The notes under the pieces are model-generated. The model was not told the DNA's origin. It made no database searches and saw only the letters and a program-made list of their open reading frames with translations. Positions 17,119 to 25,441 of a stretch of 64,000 bases of DNA are shown here, piece by piece. Source of the DNA: Bacteroidota bacterium (lineage in GTDB: Bacteria; Bacteroidota; Bacteroidia; Chitinophagales; UBA8649); the NCBI GenBank assembly GCA_002862745.1, contig PKDX01000026.1, positions 7,947 through 71,946 on the forward strand. Reading direction: 5' to 3'. Position 1 is the first letter of the stretch. The number at the start of each line of letters is the position of its first letter. The position numbers and the translations under genes are program-made.

Positions 17119-18639
17119 ATGAAAACCAAACCCCAATTGTCGTTCTGGCAAATTTGGAACATGAGCTTTGGCTTCCTCGGAATCCAGTTTGGCTTTGCCT
17201 TACAGGGAGGATTTATGAGCTCTATTTTTGTCTCACTCGGCGCATCTAAAGATGAGATTCCTCTGCTGTGGATTGCAGCCCCTCTAACCGGCCTTATTGT
17301 TCAGCCCATTATCGGTTACTTCAGCGATCGTACATGGCATCCACGTCTCGGTAGAAGGAGGCCATTCTTTCTAATTGGAGCAGTGTTGGCCTCTATTGTA
17401 CTTTTCTTTGTGCCTCATTCTCCCACGCTATGGGTGGCTGCTGGATGTCTATGGTTGTTAGATGCCTCAATCAATATTAGTATGGAGCCCTTCCGCGCGT
17501 TAGTGGCTGATAAGCTATCTAATGAACAGCGAACTTATGGTTTTGTGGTACAGACGCTCGTCATTGGAGTAGGAACGTGGATTGCAAGCAATTTACCTTG
17601 GTTTGTTGATACGGTTCTTCAGCTTCCTGATGAAGCGAGTACAGGCGTTCCGTTAAATGTGAAAATTGCCTTTGCAGTAGGAGCATTTGTCTTTTTAGCC
17701 TCTATTTTAATCACGGTATTCACGACCAAAGAATATAGCCCAGAAGAAATGGCTGAATACACTGAAGAAAGTGAGGTCGCAGAAAGTGAAGGTTTTCAAT
17801 TCAACCCGGTAATGGCAAAACTGGCTGTCGTCCAGTTCTTTTCATGGTTTGCCTTCTTTACGATGTGGAACTTTGCCACACTGGCCTTAGTCGATCATGT
17901 CTTTGAAGCACCTTCACCCGATGAAAAGGTGTACAATATGCAAGTAGAGGCTGAGGCTTCGACATTTAAATCATTGAAAGTAACCAATGAAAAGGCAACA
18001 ACCCAAGCAGGGGCTTACATGGGTACCTATGGTTTGTCTTCGATGGCCTTTGCACTTTTATTGACAATTTTTTCTTCAAAGGAGCGAATTGAAATATTGA
18101 ATAAGAAATGGACTCAAATACTTGTTATCGGAGGATATATAGTCTGTTTGATTCTTTGGGGTGCCTTTCCAGCTTTTCCTCTCTTTAAGATTACTTTATG
18201 CTTGTTAATACTTTTTGGCATTAATAGAATCTGCTTGAAAATTCCTTATTCTAAAAGAAAGGTAAATCGTCGTTGGGTTCATGCGCTATCGTTAGCTATT
18301 GGTGCCGCGGGCTTTTTCTCTATGAAGTTTGTAACAAGTCCTGAGATGCTTCATCTAAGCTATGCCTGCATTGGCGTGGCGTGGGGCAGTATTTTATCCA
18401 TGCCTTATGCGATGTTATCGTCCTCGATTAAGGCAAGTCAGATGGGACTAGCTATGGGCATCTTCAACATCTTTATTGTTATCCCTCAAATTGTAGCTGC
18501 ACTTGGCGGAATCACTTTGACGGCCGAGACCTTTTTGGGAGAAGACTTGATCGATACGATGACCTTGGCAGGCTTTTCCTTGCTGCTCGCGAGCTTATTT
18601 ACTTTGGTTATTACGGAGCGTTATGCGGTTTCGGATTAG
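17119..18639 (+). CDS. MFS maltose/maltodextrin transporter (SLC45/sucrose-transporter-like)
   Basis: LSFWQIWNMSFGFLGIQFGFALQ, VQPIIGYFSDRTW, GRRRPF, MEPFRALVAD and MGIFNIFIVIPQI motifs; adjacent to GH13 genes. Confidence 0.9.
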   Translation: MKTKPQLSFWQIWNMSFGFLGIQFGFALQGGFMSSIFVSLGASKDEIPLLWIAAPLTGLIVQPIIGYFSDRTWHPRLGRRRPFFLIGAVLASIVLFFVPHSPTLWVAAGCLWLLDASINISMEPFRALVADKLSNEQRTYGFVVQTLVIGVGTWIASNLPWFVDTVLQLPDEASTGVPLNVKIAFAVGAFVFLASILITVFTTKEYSPEEMAEYTEESEVAESEGFQFNPVMAKLAVVQFFSWFAFFTMWNFATLALVDHVFEAPSPDEKVYNMQVEAEASTFKSLKVTNEKATTQAGAYMGTYGLSSMAFALLLTIFSSKERIEILNKKWTQILVIGGYIVCLILWGAFPAFPLFKITLCLLILFGINRICLKIPYSKRKVNRRWVHALSLAIGAAGFFSMKFVTSPEMLHLSYACIGVAWGSILSMPYAMLSSSIKASQMGLAMGIFNIFIVIPQIVAALGGITLTAETFLGEDLIDTMTLAGFSLLLASLFTLVITERYAVSD

Positions 18640-18644
18640 GGGAA

Positions 18645-18738
18645 GGAGTTTGTAAAAGGCCCACGATCCACCCCCGCCCTACGGGCAAAATAACACCCTC
18701 AAAAAGTGCGCCGCTGAAAGACTTTTTAAACAGTCTCC
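18645..18738. mobile_element. Possible miniature/degenerate IS-end remnant
   Basis: Right end GACTTTTTAAACAGTCTCC resembles IS1182/IS5-type termini (from recall); imperfect inverse GGAGTTTGTAAAAGGC on the left; no transposase. Confidence 0.3.
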
Positions 18739-18739
18739 T

Positions 18740-19771
18740 CTAACGAGCATTCAGCACTATGGGGTAGTCCCAATTGAGCATAAACATCGGATGAAAGACC
18801 CATTCTCCCTTTGTATTTACCTCAAGGGCAGGAGCAGGGCATTTAAATACATTAAGCACACCCATAAGCGTCTTCCAGCCCTTTTTTCGAACAGGTATTC
18901 GTTCGAAGTCAATATCGGGCGAGATAAAAAAGCGTCGATAGCGTTCGACATCTTGTCGTTCGATGAAATCGCCATTCTCGTTAGTCCACGTATTGTCAAA
19001 GCCCCCATACATACCGCTTGCTCCGTAGCCAACTGCGACATTAAGCCATGTTAGTGGTCTTTGTTGCTCTCGATCTTGCATGAAGCTTGCAGGATTAATA
19101 CTGAGCCATGTTACAATACTATTATAGTCCTTAAGTAAACGTTCTATAGGAAAGGTGCCATAAAGAGCATTGGCTCTTTGGTCGAGCATGGCATCTGAAT
19201 GATTAACTTCATGAAAGGAAAATTTACTGCGTATCCGCTGTTCGCCCCATAGGGCATCCTGGCCTAAGCACAATCCTGTACCTGCGAAATTCGCCAACAA
19301 ATCCCATCCTGAGGCCCCCCATTTCTCGCTAAATCCATCAAAGATTTCAATGGATGATTGGATGGTAAATCCAAGAGCTGCTCCAATCCATCGGCTTTTT
19401 TTCTTGTCAACACCCGCCCATCGCAGGGATTGCATCATCCAATAGGTTTCGAAGTAGGCCGTGTGGCTATGTCCGAGTTTGTCTACTTGTTGCCATTCCT
19501 TTGCATCGTCGAAAAAATGAAAGCGATTCCGTTCGTTTTGATCGTACCATGCAACACTTAATGCCGACATGGTTGCTCCGTAAGCTGTGGGGATTCCAAT
19601 TGATAGTCCGCGAATGCGTGCCTTGTTTCGATAGGGGCTTATTTCGAAAAACGATAGGGCCTCTTCTGCTGAAATAGAGGTGTCTAGCAAGTCGGAATTA
19701 TTTTTTTGCGACCATGCTGGAGATATAATCAGCATAGTCAGGATGCAAAAAAGACCGAATCCACGATGCAT
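18740..19771 (-). CDS. DUF2279/YfiM-family protein
   Basis: FHFFDD...W.QVDKLGH, IEIFDGFS..WG.S.WDLLAN and WLNVAVGYG motifs; signal ending AWS-Q. Confidence 0.8.
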   Translation of the reverse strand: MHRGFGLFCILTMLIISPAWSQKNNSDLLDTSISAEEALSFFEISPYRNKARIRGLSIGIPTAYGATMSALSVAWYDQNERNRFHFFDDAKEWQQVDKLGHSHTAYFETYWMMQSLRWAGVDKKKSRWIGAALGFTIQSSIEIFDGFSEKWGASGWDLLANFAGTGLCLGQDALWGEQRIRSKFSFHEVNHSDAMLDQRANALYGTFPIERLLKDYNSIVTWLSINPASFMQDREQQRPLTWLNVAVGYGASGMYGGFDNTWTNENGDFIERQDVERYRRFFISPDIDFERIPVRKKGWKTLMGVLNVFKCPAPALEVNTKGEWVFHPMFMLNWDYPIVLNAR

Positions 19772-19773
19772 AC

Positions 19774-21195
19774 TTAACCGCCTTGAATCACGCGACTTGC
19801 TTCACTTAATATCTCATCCACTAAGTCCATGGTCGCTGATTCTGCATAGACACGAAGGACAGGTTCTGTGCCCGAAGGACGAATCATAACATAGCCACCT
19901 TCTTTGAAATGAAACTTAAATCCATCGATGTTTTCAATAAAGTCAATGGTATACTTTCCAAATTTCTCATTGAATTCTCCACTTGCACAGCGCTCCATAG
20001 TGGCCAATTTGACTTCATTGGTGAGGTGCATATCATTGCGATTGTAGGCAAGTGAGCCGGTGATTGCATAAATTTCTTGAATAAGGTCTTCCAGCGATTT
20101 GCCTGTCTGTGCAAGGTGCTCAATGACAAGCAAGGCATCCCAAATTCCATCTCGTTCTGGTATATGTCCTTTTACAGCTATTCCTCCTGATTCTTCGCAT
20201 CCGATAATTGAATCTACCTCAATCATACGTCCTGATATATGCTTAAATCCAATCTTCGTTACCTCGAGGTTTAGTTTGTGATGCTCACAGAGCGTTTTGA
20301 CCTTAGGTGTAGCTGAGAATGCCGCAATGACCGTTCCATCATACTTTTTATACTCTTTTAGAATATGAAGCAAAATGAGGATCGCATGGTGGGCATCGAG
20401 AATTTCCCCATTGCCTTTTACTAGCCCAATTCGATCGGCATCACCATCGGTGGCAAAGCCTATATCATGATGGTCCTTTTTAAGCATTGCTCCAAATTCT
20501 TGGAGGTTTTTAGCAATAGGTTCAGGTGCTTGGCCATTAAATCCTGGATTGAGTTCAGCATGGAGCATGGTCGCTTCAGGAAGGATTTTTTTAAAGACGG
20601 GAAACCCTGCGCCGAACATCGCATCATAGGCTACGCGGAGCTTACTCTTACGAATGGCATCCAAATTGAAGTACCCCTCTACTTTTTCTAGGTAGTGCTT
20701 TTCTAAGTCTACAAGGCTTACATGCCCCGATACACATAGTTCCTCAAGGCTTACGTTGGGTACGTCAATGCTATGATCAGGGATATGGGATTCAACTAAG
20801 GCAACATCGTCTGGCTTTGTCGGCCCACCATAAAAGGACTTCAGCTTGTACCCACTGTACGCTGGTGGATTGTGACTTGCCGTAACTACGACACCAGCAA
20901 AGCATTTGAAGTCATGAGTTCCAAGCGAAACCATAGGTGTGGTGGCAATGCCTTTGTGATACATGACGTGAACTCCTTCTTGCGCCATGACTTGCATGAC
21001 AGCAAGTGAAAACATCTCACCTCCAAATCGACAATCGTGGCCTAAAACAATAGCTGGTTTGAGCTCTGCACGTTTACCGGCTTCATTTTTGACCCACTGT
21101 GCTGTAGCATAGGCTACGCGTTTAACATTGTCAACTGTAAAATCTTGTGCGATGATGGCTCGCCATCCATCCGTTCCAAAGCGTATCTTGTACAT
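19774..21195 (-). CDS. Phosphoglucomutase/phosphomannomutase
   Basis: FGTDGWR, TASHNP (phosphoserine), DGDADR (metal), EESGG and RPSGTEP motifs. Confidence 0.95.
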   Translation of the reverse strand: MYKIRFGTDGWRAIIAQDFTVDNVKRVAYATAQWVKNEAGKRAELKPAIVLGHDCRFGGEMFSLAVMQVMAQEGVHVMYHKGIATTPMVSLGTHDFKCFAGVVVTASHNPPAYSGYKLKSFYGGPTKPDDVALVESHIPDHSIDVPNVSLEELCVSGHVSLVDLEKHYLEKVEGYFNLDAIRKSKLRVAYDAMFGAGFPVFKKILPEATMLHAELNPGFNGQAPEPIAKNLQEFGAMLKKDHHDIGFATDGDADRIGLVKGNGEILDAHHAILILLHILKEYKKYDGTVIAAFSATPKVKTLCEHHKLNLEVTKIGFKHISGRMIEVDSIIGCEESGGIAVKGHIPERDGIWDALLVIEHLAQTGKSLEDLIQEIYAITGSLAYNRNDMHLTNEVKLATMERCASGEFNEKFGKYTIDFIENIDGFKFHFKEGGYVMIRPSGTEPVLRVYAESATMDLVDEILSEASRVIQGG

Positions 21196-21257
21196 TCGAG
21201 TACTTTTTTGATTTAGGCTGTTAAGGTACTAAGCAATAAGAAACTCGTAGTTATTAT

Positions 21258-23441
21258 ATGATGAAGTATCTATTAAGCATTGTTTTTTTGACAGGTTTGC
21301 TGACTGTAGGGTTTGCCCAAGGCAGTTATAATCTCTATCAAGTGGAAGATAACTCCATTAAAATCGATGGTGTTCTTAATGATATGGCTTGGGGGGATAA
21401 AGAAATCAGTACTTCATTTATTCAAACCTTTCCTACTGATTCTCTTCCAGCTCAACGCTCTACGGAGGTTAAAATGGCCTTTGATCAGCGCAACCTATAC
21501 GTCGCAGTGCGCTGCTTTACGCCGTCTGATGATTATCAAGTCAATACCTTGATTCGAGACTTTTCCTTTCCCAGAACCGATGCTTTTGCGGTGTTTCTAA
21601 GTCCTAGAAACGACGGGACGAATGCGCTCAGCTTTGCTGTCAGCCCTTATGGCTCTCAACGGGAAGGCATTGTAGCCAACGGAGGACTTTTTGGCGTGAC
21701 AACAGCGTGGGATAGCAAATGGAATTCTGCAGTGCAGCGCGATTCTTTGGGGTGGACTGCTGAAATGGCCATACCCTTTAAAAACATTCGATACGATCCA
21801 AGAGATACTCTATGGTCTATAAATTTTGCTCGAAACGACCTTCAAATCAATGAGCGAAGCACGTGGTCTAAGGTTCCTGTAAACTTCAATGTGGCTTCTG
21901 TGATTAACTATGGACAGTTACTATGGAAAGATCCGGCACCCAAGACCAAGGCCAATGTAAACCTCATTCCCTATGCCAGCGCTGGGTTAAAACTAGACTA
22001 CAGCGACCCGTCGGAAACTGAGATCACAAACCTTTCTAAGGTGGGCTTAGATGCTAAAATTGGGGTGAGTCAGAGTTTGAACCTTGATGTTACCATCAAT
22101 CCAGATTTTTCAAATGTACGTGTGGATCAGCAAGTGATTAACCTGGACCGGTTTAGTGTGTTTTTCCCAGAGCTAAGACCTTTTTTCACAGAGAATAGCG
22201 ACTTATTTTCCGACTTTGGATTTCGAAGAATCCGTCCATTTTTCTCTCGAAATATTGGTTTATCCAGTGGCAGTCCGGTCAATATTCTCGGAGGATTGCG
22301 TTTGAGTGGTAATGTTTCGGATAAGACGCGCATTGGATTAATGACCATGCAAACAGAGGGTACAGCCGATGAACGCAACTTAGAGAGTGAAAACTATACG
22401 GTAGCTGCCTTTCAACAACAGGTATGGAATCGTTCAAGTATTGGAGCCATTCTAGTTAATAAACAAGCCTTTGATGGAGCAAGGGCAATTAGTGGTCAAC
22501 GCAATACTGTGGCGGGTTTGGACTTTAATTTGTATTCGAAAAACAACTATTGGCGCGGTAAAATTTTCTACCATCAAAGTTTTGAGGATGGATTTGAAAT
22601 CGATGGCGGAGCGCAAGCCGTCTGGTTAAACTATGATGATGGGAAGTGGCAATTTGCCTATAACCATGAATATGTGGGCTCAAATTATTCGGCTGAGGTA
22701 GGATTCGTCCCTCGCACTGGATACTTTCGATTTGAGCATTTTGTGGTGCGAAACTTCTTTCCGAAGAATAAAAATCCCATCGTCTTCAACCATACACCGA
22801 AGATCTATTACAGCCAATATTGGAATAGCGATCCCACGCTTGAAGGATTTGAACGATTCTTATCGACCGACCTCAATGCATGGCTCGGCTATGAAGTGAC
22901 TTTTATGAATACGGCCTCTCTAGAATTTAAAGTTCGTGAGTTACAAACCCAGCTAACGCAGGACTTTGACTTGTTTGGGAATGGAGATCCGATTTTGGCT
23001 GATAACTACAGATACCGGGATGCGAGCGTCGAATGGCAGACTAATCGAAGAAAGGATTTTGTCTTTTCAGGACTCGTTCAAGGAGGACAATTTTATGATG
23101 GAAATCGTTTGAGCTATCGCGCGAATCTATCGTACAGGGGATGGCGCCCATGGCTCGTGGTAGATCTCAACTTTAGACGAGACGAGATTCGCTTTGATAA
23201 GCGTGAAGATGATTCACCGATGCTAATTGGTAGTAATATTGCCGTGAGTTTTAGCCAAAAGATTCAGTGCAATACCTTTGTTCAGTATAACACCCAACTG
23301 GATAATTTTAACGTAAACACTCGATTTCAGTGGCGTTACGCGCCTATGAGTGATCTATTTTTCGTCTATACGGATAATTATTTCGATGATTTTCGTGCTA
23401 AAAATCGTGCCCTTGTTTTACGTCTAAGTTATTGGTGGTAG
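21258..23441 (+). CDS. CBM9-like + DUF5916 outer-membrane protein
   Basis: IKIDGVLND..W, TEVKMAFD..NLYVA, GWTAEMAIPF, DVTINPDFS.V..D and FFPE.RPFF.E motifs; C-terminal LSYWW beta-signal-like end. Confidence 0.8.
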   Translation: MMKYLLSIVFLTGLLTVGFAQGSYNLYQVEDNSIKIDGVLNDMAWGDKEISTSFIQTFPTDSLPAQRSTEVKMAFDQRNLYVAVRCFTPSDDYQVNTLIRDFSFPRTDAFAVFLSPRNDGTNALSFAVSPYGSQREGIVANGGLFGVTTAWDSKWNSAVQRDSLGWTAEMAIPFKNIRYDPRDTLWSINFARNDLQINERSTWSKVPVNFNVASVINYGQLLWKDPAPKTKANVNLIPYASAGLKLDYSDPSETEITNLSKVGLDAKIGVSQSLNLDVTINPDFSNVRVDQQVINLDRFSVFFPELRPFFTENSDLFSDFGFRRIRPFFSRNIGLSSGSPVNILGGLRLSGNVSDKTRIGLMTMQTEGTADERNLESENYTVAAFQQQVWNRSSIGAILVNKQAFDGARAISGQRNTVAGLDFNLYSKNNYWRGKIFYHQSFEDGFEIDGGAQAVWLNYDDGKWQFAYNHEYVGSNYSAEVGFVPRTGYFRFEHFVVRNFFPKNKNPIVFNHTPKIYYSQYWNSDPTLEGFERFLSTDLNAWLGYEVTFMNTASLEFKVRELQTQLTQDFDLFGNGDPILADNYRYRDASVEWQTNRRKDFVFSGLVQGGQFYDGNRLSYRANLSYRGWRPWLVVDLNFRRDEIRFDKREDDSPMLIGSNIAVSFSQKIQCNTFVQYNTQLDNFNVNTRFQWRYAPMSDLFFVYTDNYFDDFRAKNRALVLRLSYWW

Positions 23442-23464
23442 GATTTTAGGAGAAAATGCCCTTG

Positions 23465-24118
23465 TTAAGCAGGAGATTTCGTACAAACCCACACATATTC
23501 GGAGAATATCGCCTTTTTATTGAGCATTTGGCACTGATTTATGGCTAATCCATGACGAGTTAGCAGGCTGTCCATTGCATTTTTTGTGATTTGGTGAGGA
23601 TGTAAAACATCTCCTGGAATGAATCGGAAAATTTGATGAAATATACTCCAATTGTGCACATCACACGAGAGGATTAGTGTGCCATTTTCGGACAAAATAT
23701 TCACCATTTTTTTCAATGCGCTTGACATATCCAGCATATGATTTATGGCATTGAAACAAAAGACAAATTCATGGTCTATTTTACTTTCAAAATCTTCGAT
23801 TTTCATTGAAAAAAGCTCTGATTTGCTTGGTTTCTTAAACGTATCAAAAAAGATATAATCGTCTAATAAAGGATCAATCAAGGATATTTGATGGGTTTTT
23901 TCAAAGAGTTGAAAGATGCCATTTGGTCCGCATCCAATATCAGCGATTCGACCATGAATATCGTCCTTTTCATACCCTATTTTTTGCAATACATTGAGCC
24001 AATAGCTTTGCTTCCACTCACGATACTCAGTGGAATCTTTTTTCGATAAATATCTCTTCCACCACCATCTTTCAGCGAACTGTGCTATCTTCCATCGACG
24101 ATGTTTAACTCGGTACAT
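23465..24118 (-). CDS. Class I SAM-dependent methyltransferase
   Basis: IADIGCGPNG motif I, IDPLLD and FCFNAINH. Start taken as ATG 24118 (uncertain). Confidence 0.8.
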   Translation of the reverse strand: MYRVKHRRWKIAQFAERWWWKRYLSKKDSTEYREWKQSYWLNVLQKIGYEKDDIHGRIADIGCGPNGIFQLFEKTHQISLIDPLLDDYIFFDTFKKPSKSELFSMKIEDFESKIDHEFVFCFNAINHMLDMSSALKKMVNILSENGTLILSCDVHNWSIFHQIFRFIPGDVLHPHQITKNAMDSLLTRHGLAINQCQMLNKKAIFSEYVWVCTKSPA

Positions 24119-24157
24119 TTCTCTTTGTGGTCTAGTCGTGAAAGTACGATTACTCAA

Positions 24158-24943
24158 TTGGCTAATCTCTCGTTGGTTGGATTGTTTACATTTTCAATAT
24201 ATACCTACAAGCTCATTGAACTTGAGATGAAATCGGTTTTGACAATTTCGTTGATCATATCCCAAGTCTACCTTCTGTTAGAGTCTATAAATCGTTTAAC
24301 TATTCGCCAAATAGGTGGTGCTTTTTTCGGGGCTTTACTCTTTGCTGTTCTTCCTTGGACGCATGCCATCGTAGAGTCTGGAGTAGATCTTGCTCCTGAA
24401 ATCTTCTCCCTATTTTTTCTGTTACTGGTCTTGACGTATCAATTCAGTATGTCTTTTGATTTTCTTTTCGTAGGGATAATTATGTTACTCATGCTTTTTG
24501 CACTCTCTGATGGTATTGGATATCATGTCATTGCATTTGCCAGCTTTTTACTTGTAATGTTGGGCCTTATTGATCGAGCGAGCTCGGCTAATCATAGTGC
24601 TCGTTATCTAGGTCTCTTTGGATTGCTTGTCGGCGTTGGTCTAGGCTACAATTGGTATTCTAATGCCGTGAGTATAGCGTCATTCTGGTGGTCGCTTGGG
24701 GGCCTTGTTCTGTTGGCTGTTAGCTTTCTTGGCTACCTCAAGACCAAGGGGTTTTGGCGGCAACGTAGCCTATATTTCATAGCGCTATTGGGTGCAGCGA
24801 TGAGTGTATGGGGGACGCTATACTTTCCTCTCTTTTTAACGCTCTCAGTTCTTTTCATTCTTGGACTACTCCCTCGGTTCTGGATGAAGTATCCTTTTGT
24901 TGCTGGTTTTGTCTATTGTTGTTGGGAGACTTGGCCTGTCTAA
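24158..24943 (+). CDS. Polytopic membrane protein of unknown function
   Basis: About 8-9 hydrophobic segments. Start uncertain (TTG 24158 or ATG 24227) because the longest ORF overlaps the divergent methyltransferase. Confidence 0.6.
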   Translation: MANLSLVGLFTFSIYTYKLIELEMKSVLTISLIISQVYLLLESINRLTIRQIGGAFFGALLFAVLPWTHAIVESGVDLAPEIFSLFFLLLVLTYQFSMSFDFLFVGIIMLLMLFALSDGIGYHVIAFASFLLVMLGLIDRASSANHSARYLGLFGLLVGVGLGYNWYSNAVSIASFWWSLGGLVLLAVSFLGYLKTKGFWRQRSLYFIALLGAAMSVWGTLYFPLFLTLSVLFILGLLPRFWMKYPFVAGFVYCCWETWPV

Positions 24944-24949
24944 TTCTAT

Positions 24950-24957
24950 TATCTTTG
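24950..24957 (+). promoter_or_regulatory. -7 promoter element of rnpB
   Basis: TATCTTTG matches TAnnTTTG, 4 nt before the P1 helix. Confidence 0.7.
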
Positions 24958-24961
24958 CCGT

Positions 24962-25327
24962 GCGGAAGGATCCACTGCATGATGATATCATGAGGAAAGT
25001 CCGGGCTGCATAGGGAGGCGTGCCACCTAACGGGTGGCTTCCGAGAGGAAGGGAAAGTGCTACAGAGAATAACCGCCATATTATATGGTAAGGGTGAAAA
25101 GGTGGGGTAAGAGCCCACCAGTGCTTGATGTAAATCAGGTAGCTGAGTAAACCCCATGCGCTGAAAGACCATGTATACCGAGGATAGGGTGTCCCGTCCT
25201 TTTATTGATTTCGGTCAATAGCTTCGGGGGGTTGGTCGATTGAACCTCAGGGTGACTTGAGGTCTAGATAAATGGTGGAAGTTTAGCAGTCAATGTTAAA
25301 TGAACAGAACCCGGCTTACGATTCCGC
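24962..25327 (+). ncRNA. rnpB: RNase P RNA (bacterial type A)
   Basis: GAGGAAAGTCCGGGC and ACAGAACCCGGCTTA (P4 strands); P1 GCGGAA/TTCCGC; P2 TCCACTG/TGGTGGA; AGGGTGAAAAGGTGGGGTAAGAGCCCACCA; P18 with GTGA loop. Confidence 0.97.
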
Positions 25328-25337
25328 TACACATATT

Positions 25338-25385
25338 AGAGACTCAAGTTTTCCACCTCGTGGAACTTGGGTCTCTTCTTTTTTT
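25338..25385 (+). terminator. rnpB intrinsic terminator
   Basis: AGAGACTCAAGTT..CCAC-CTC-GTGGAACTTGGGTCTCT stem followed by a T tract. Confidence 0.8.
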
Positions 25386-25441
25386 GCTTTTCGATGAATA
25401 TTTCGCTTATCTTTTCCAAATTCTATTAAATTAGACACTCT

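Noticed and set aside
24855-25172. 105-aa minus-strand ORF (and 24808-24993 on plus)
   Set aside because: These overlap RNase P RNA and are spurious translations of a structured RNA gene.
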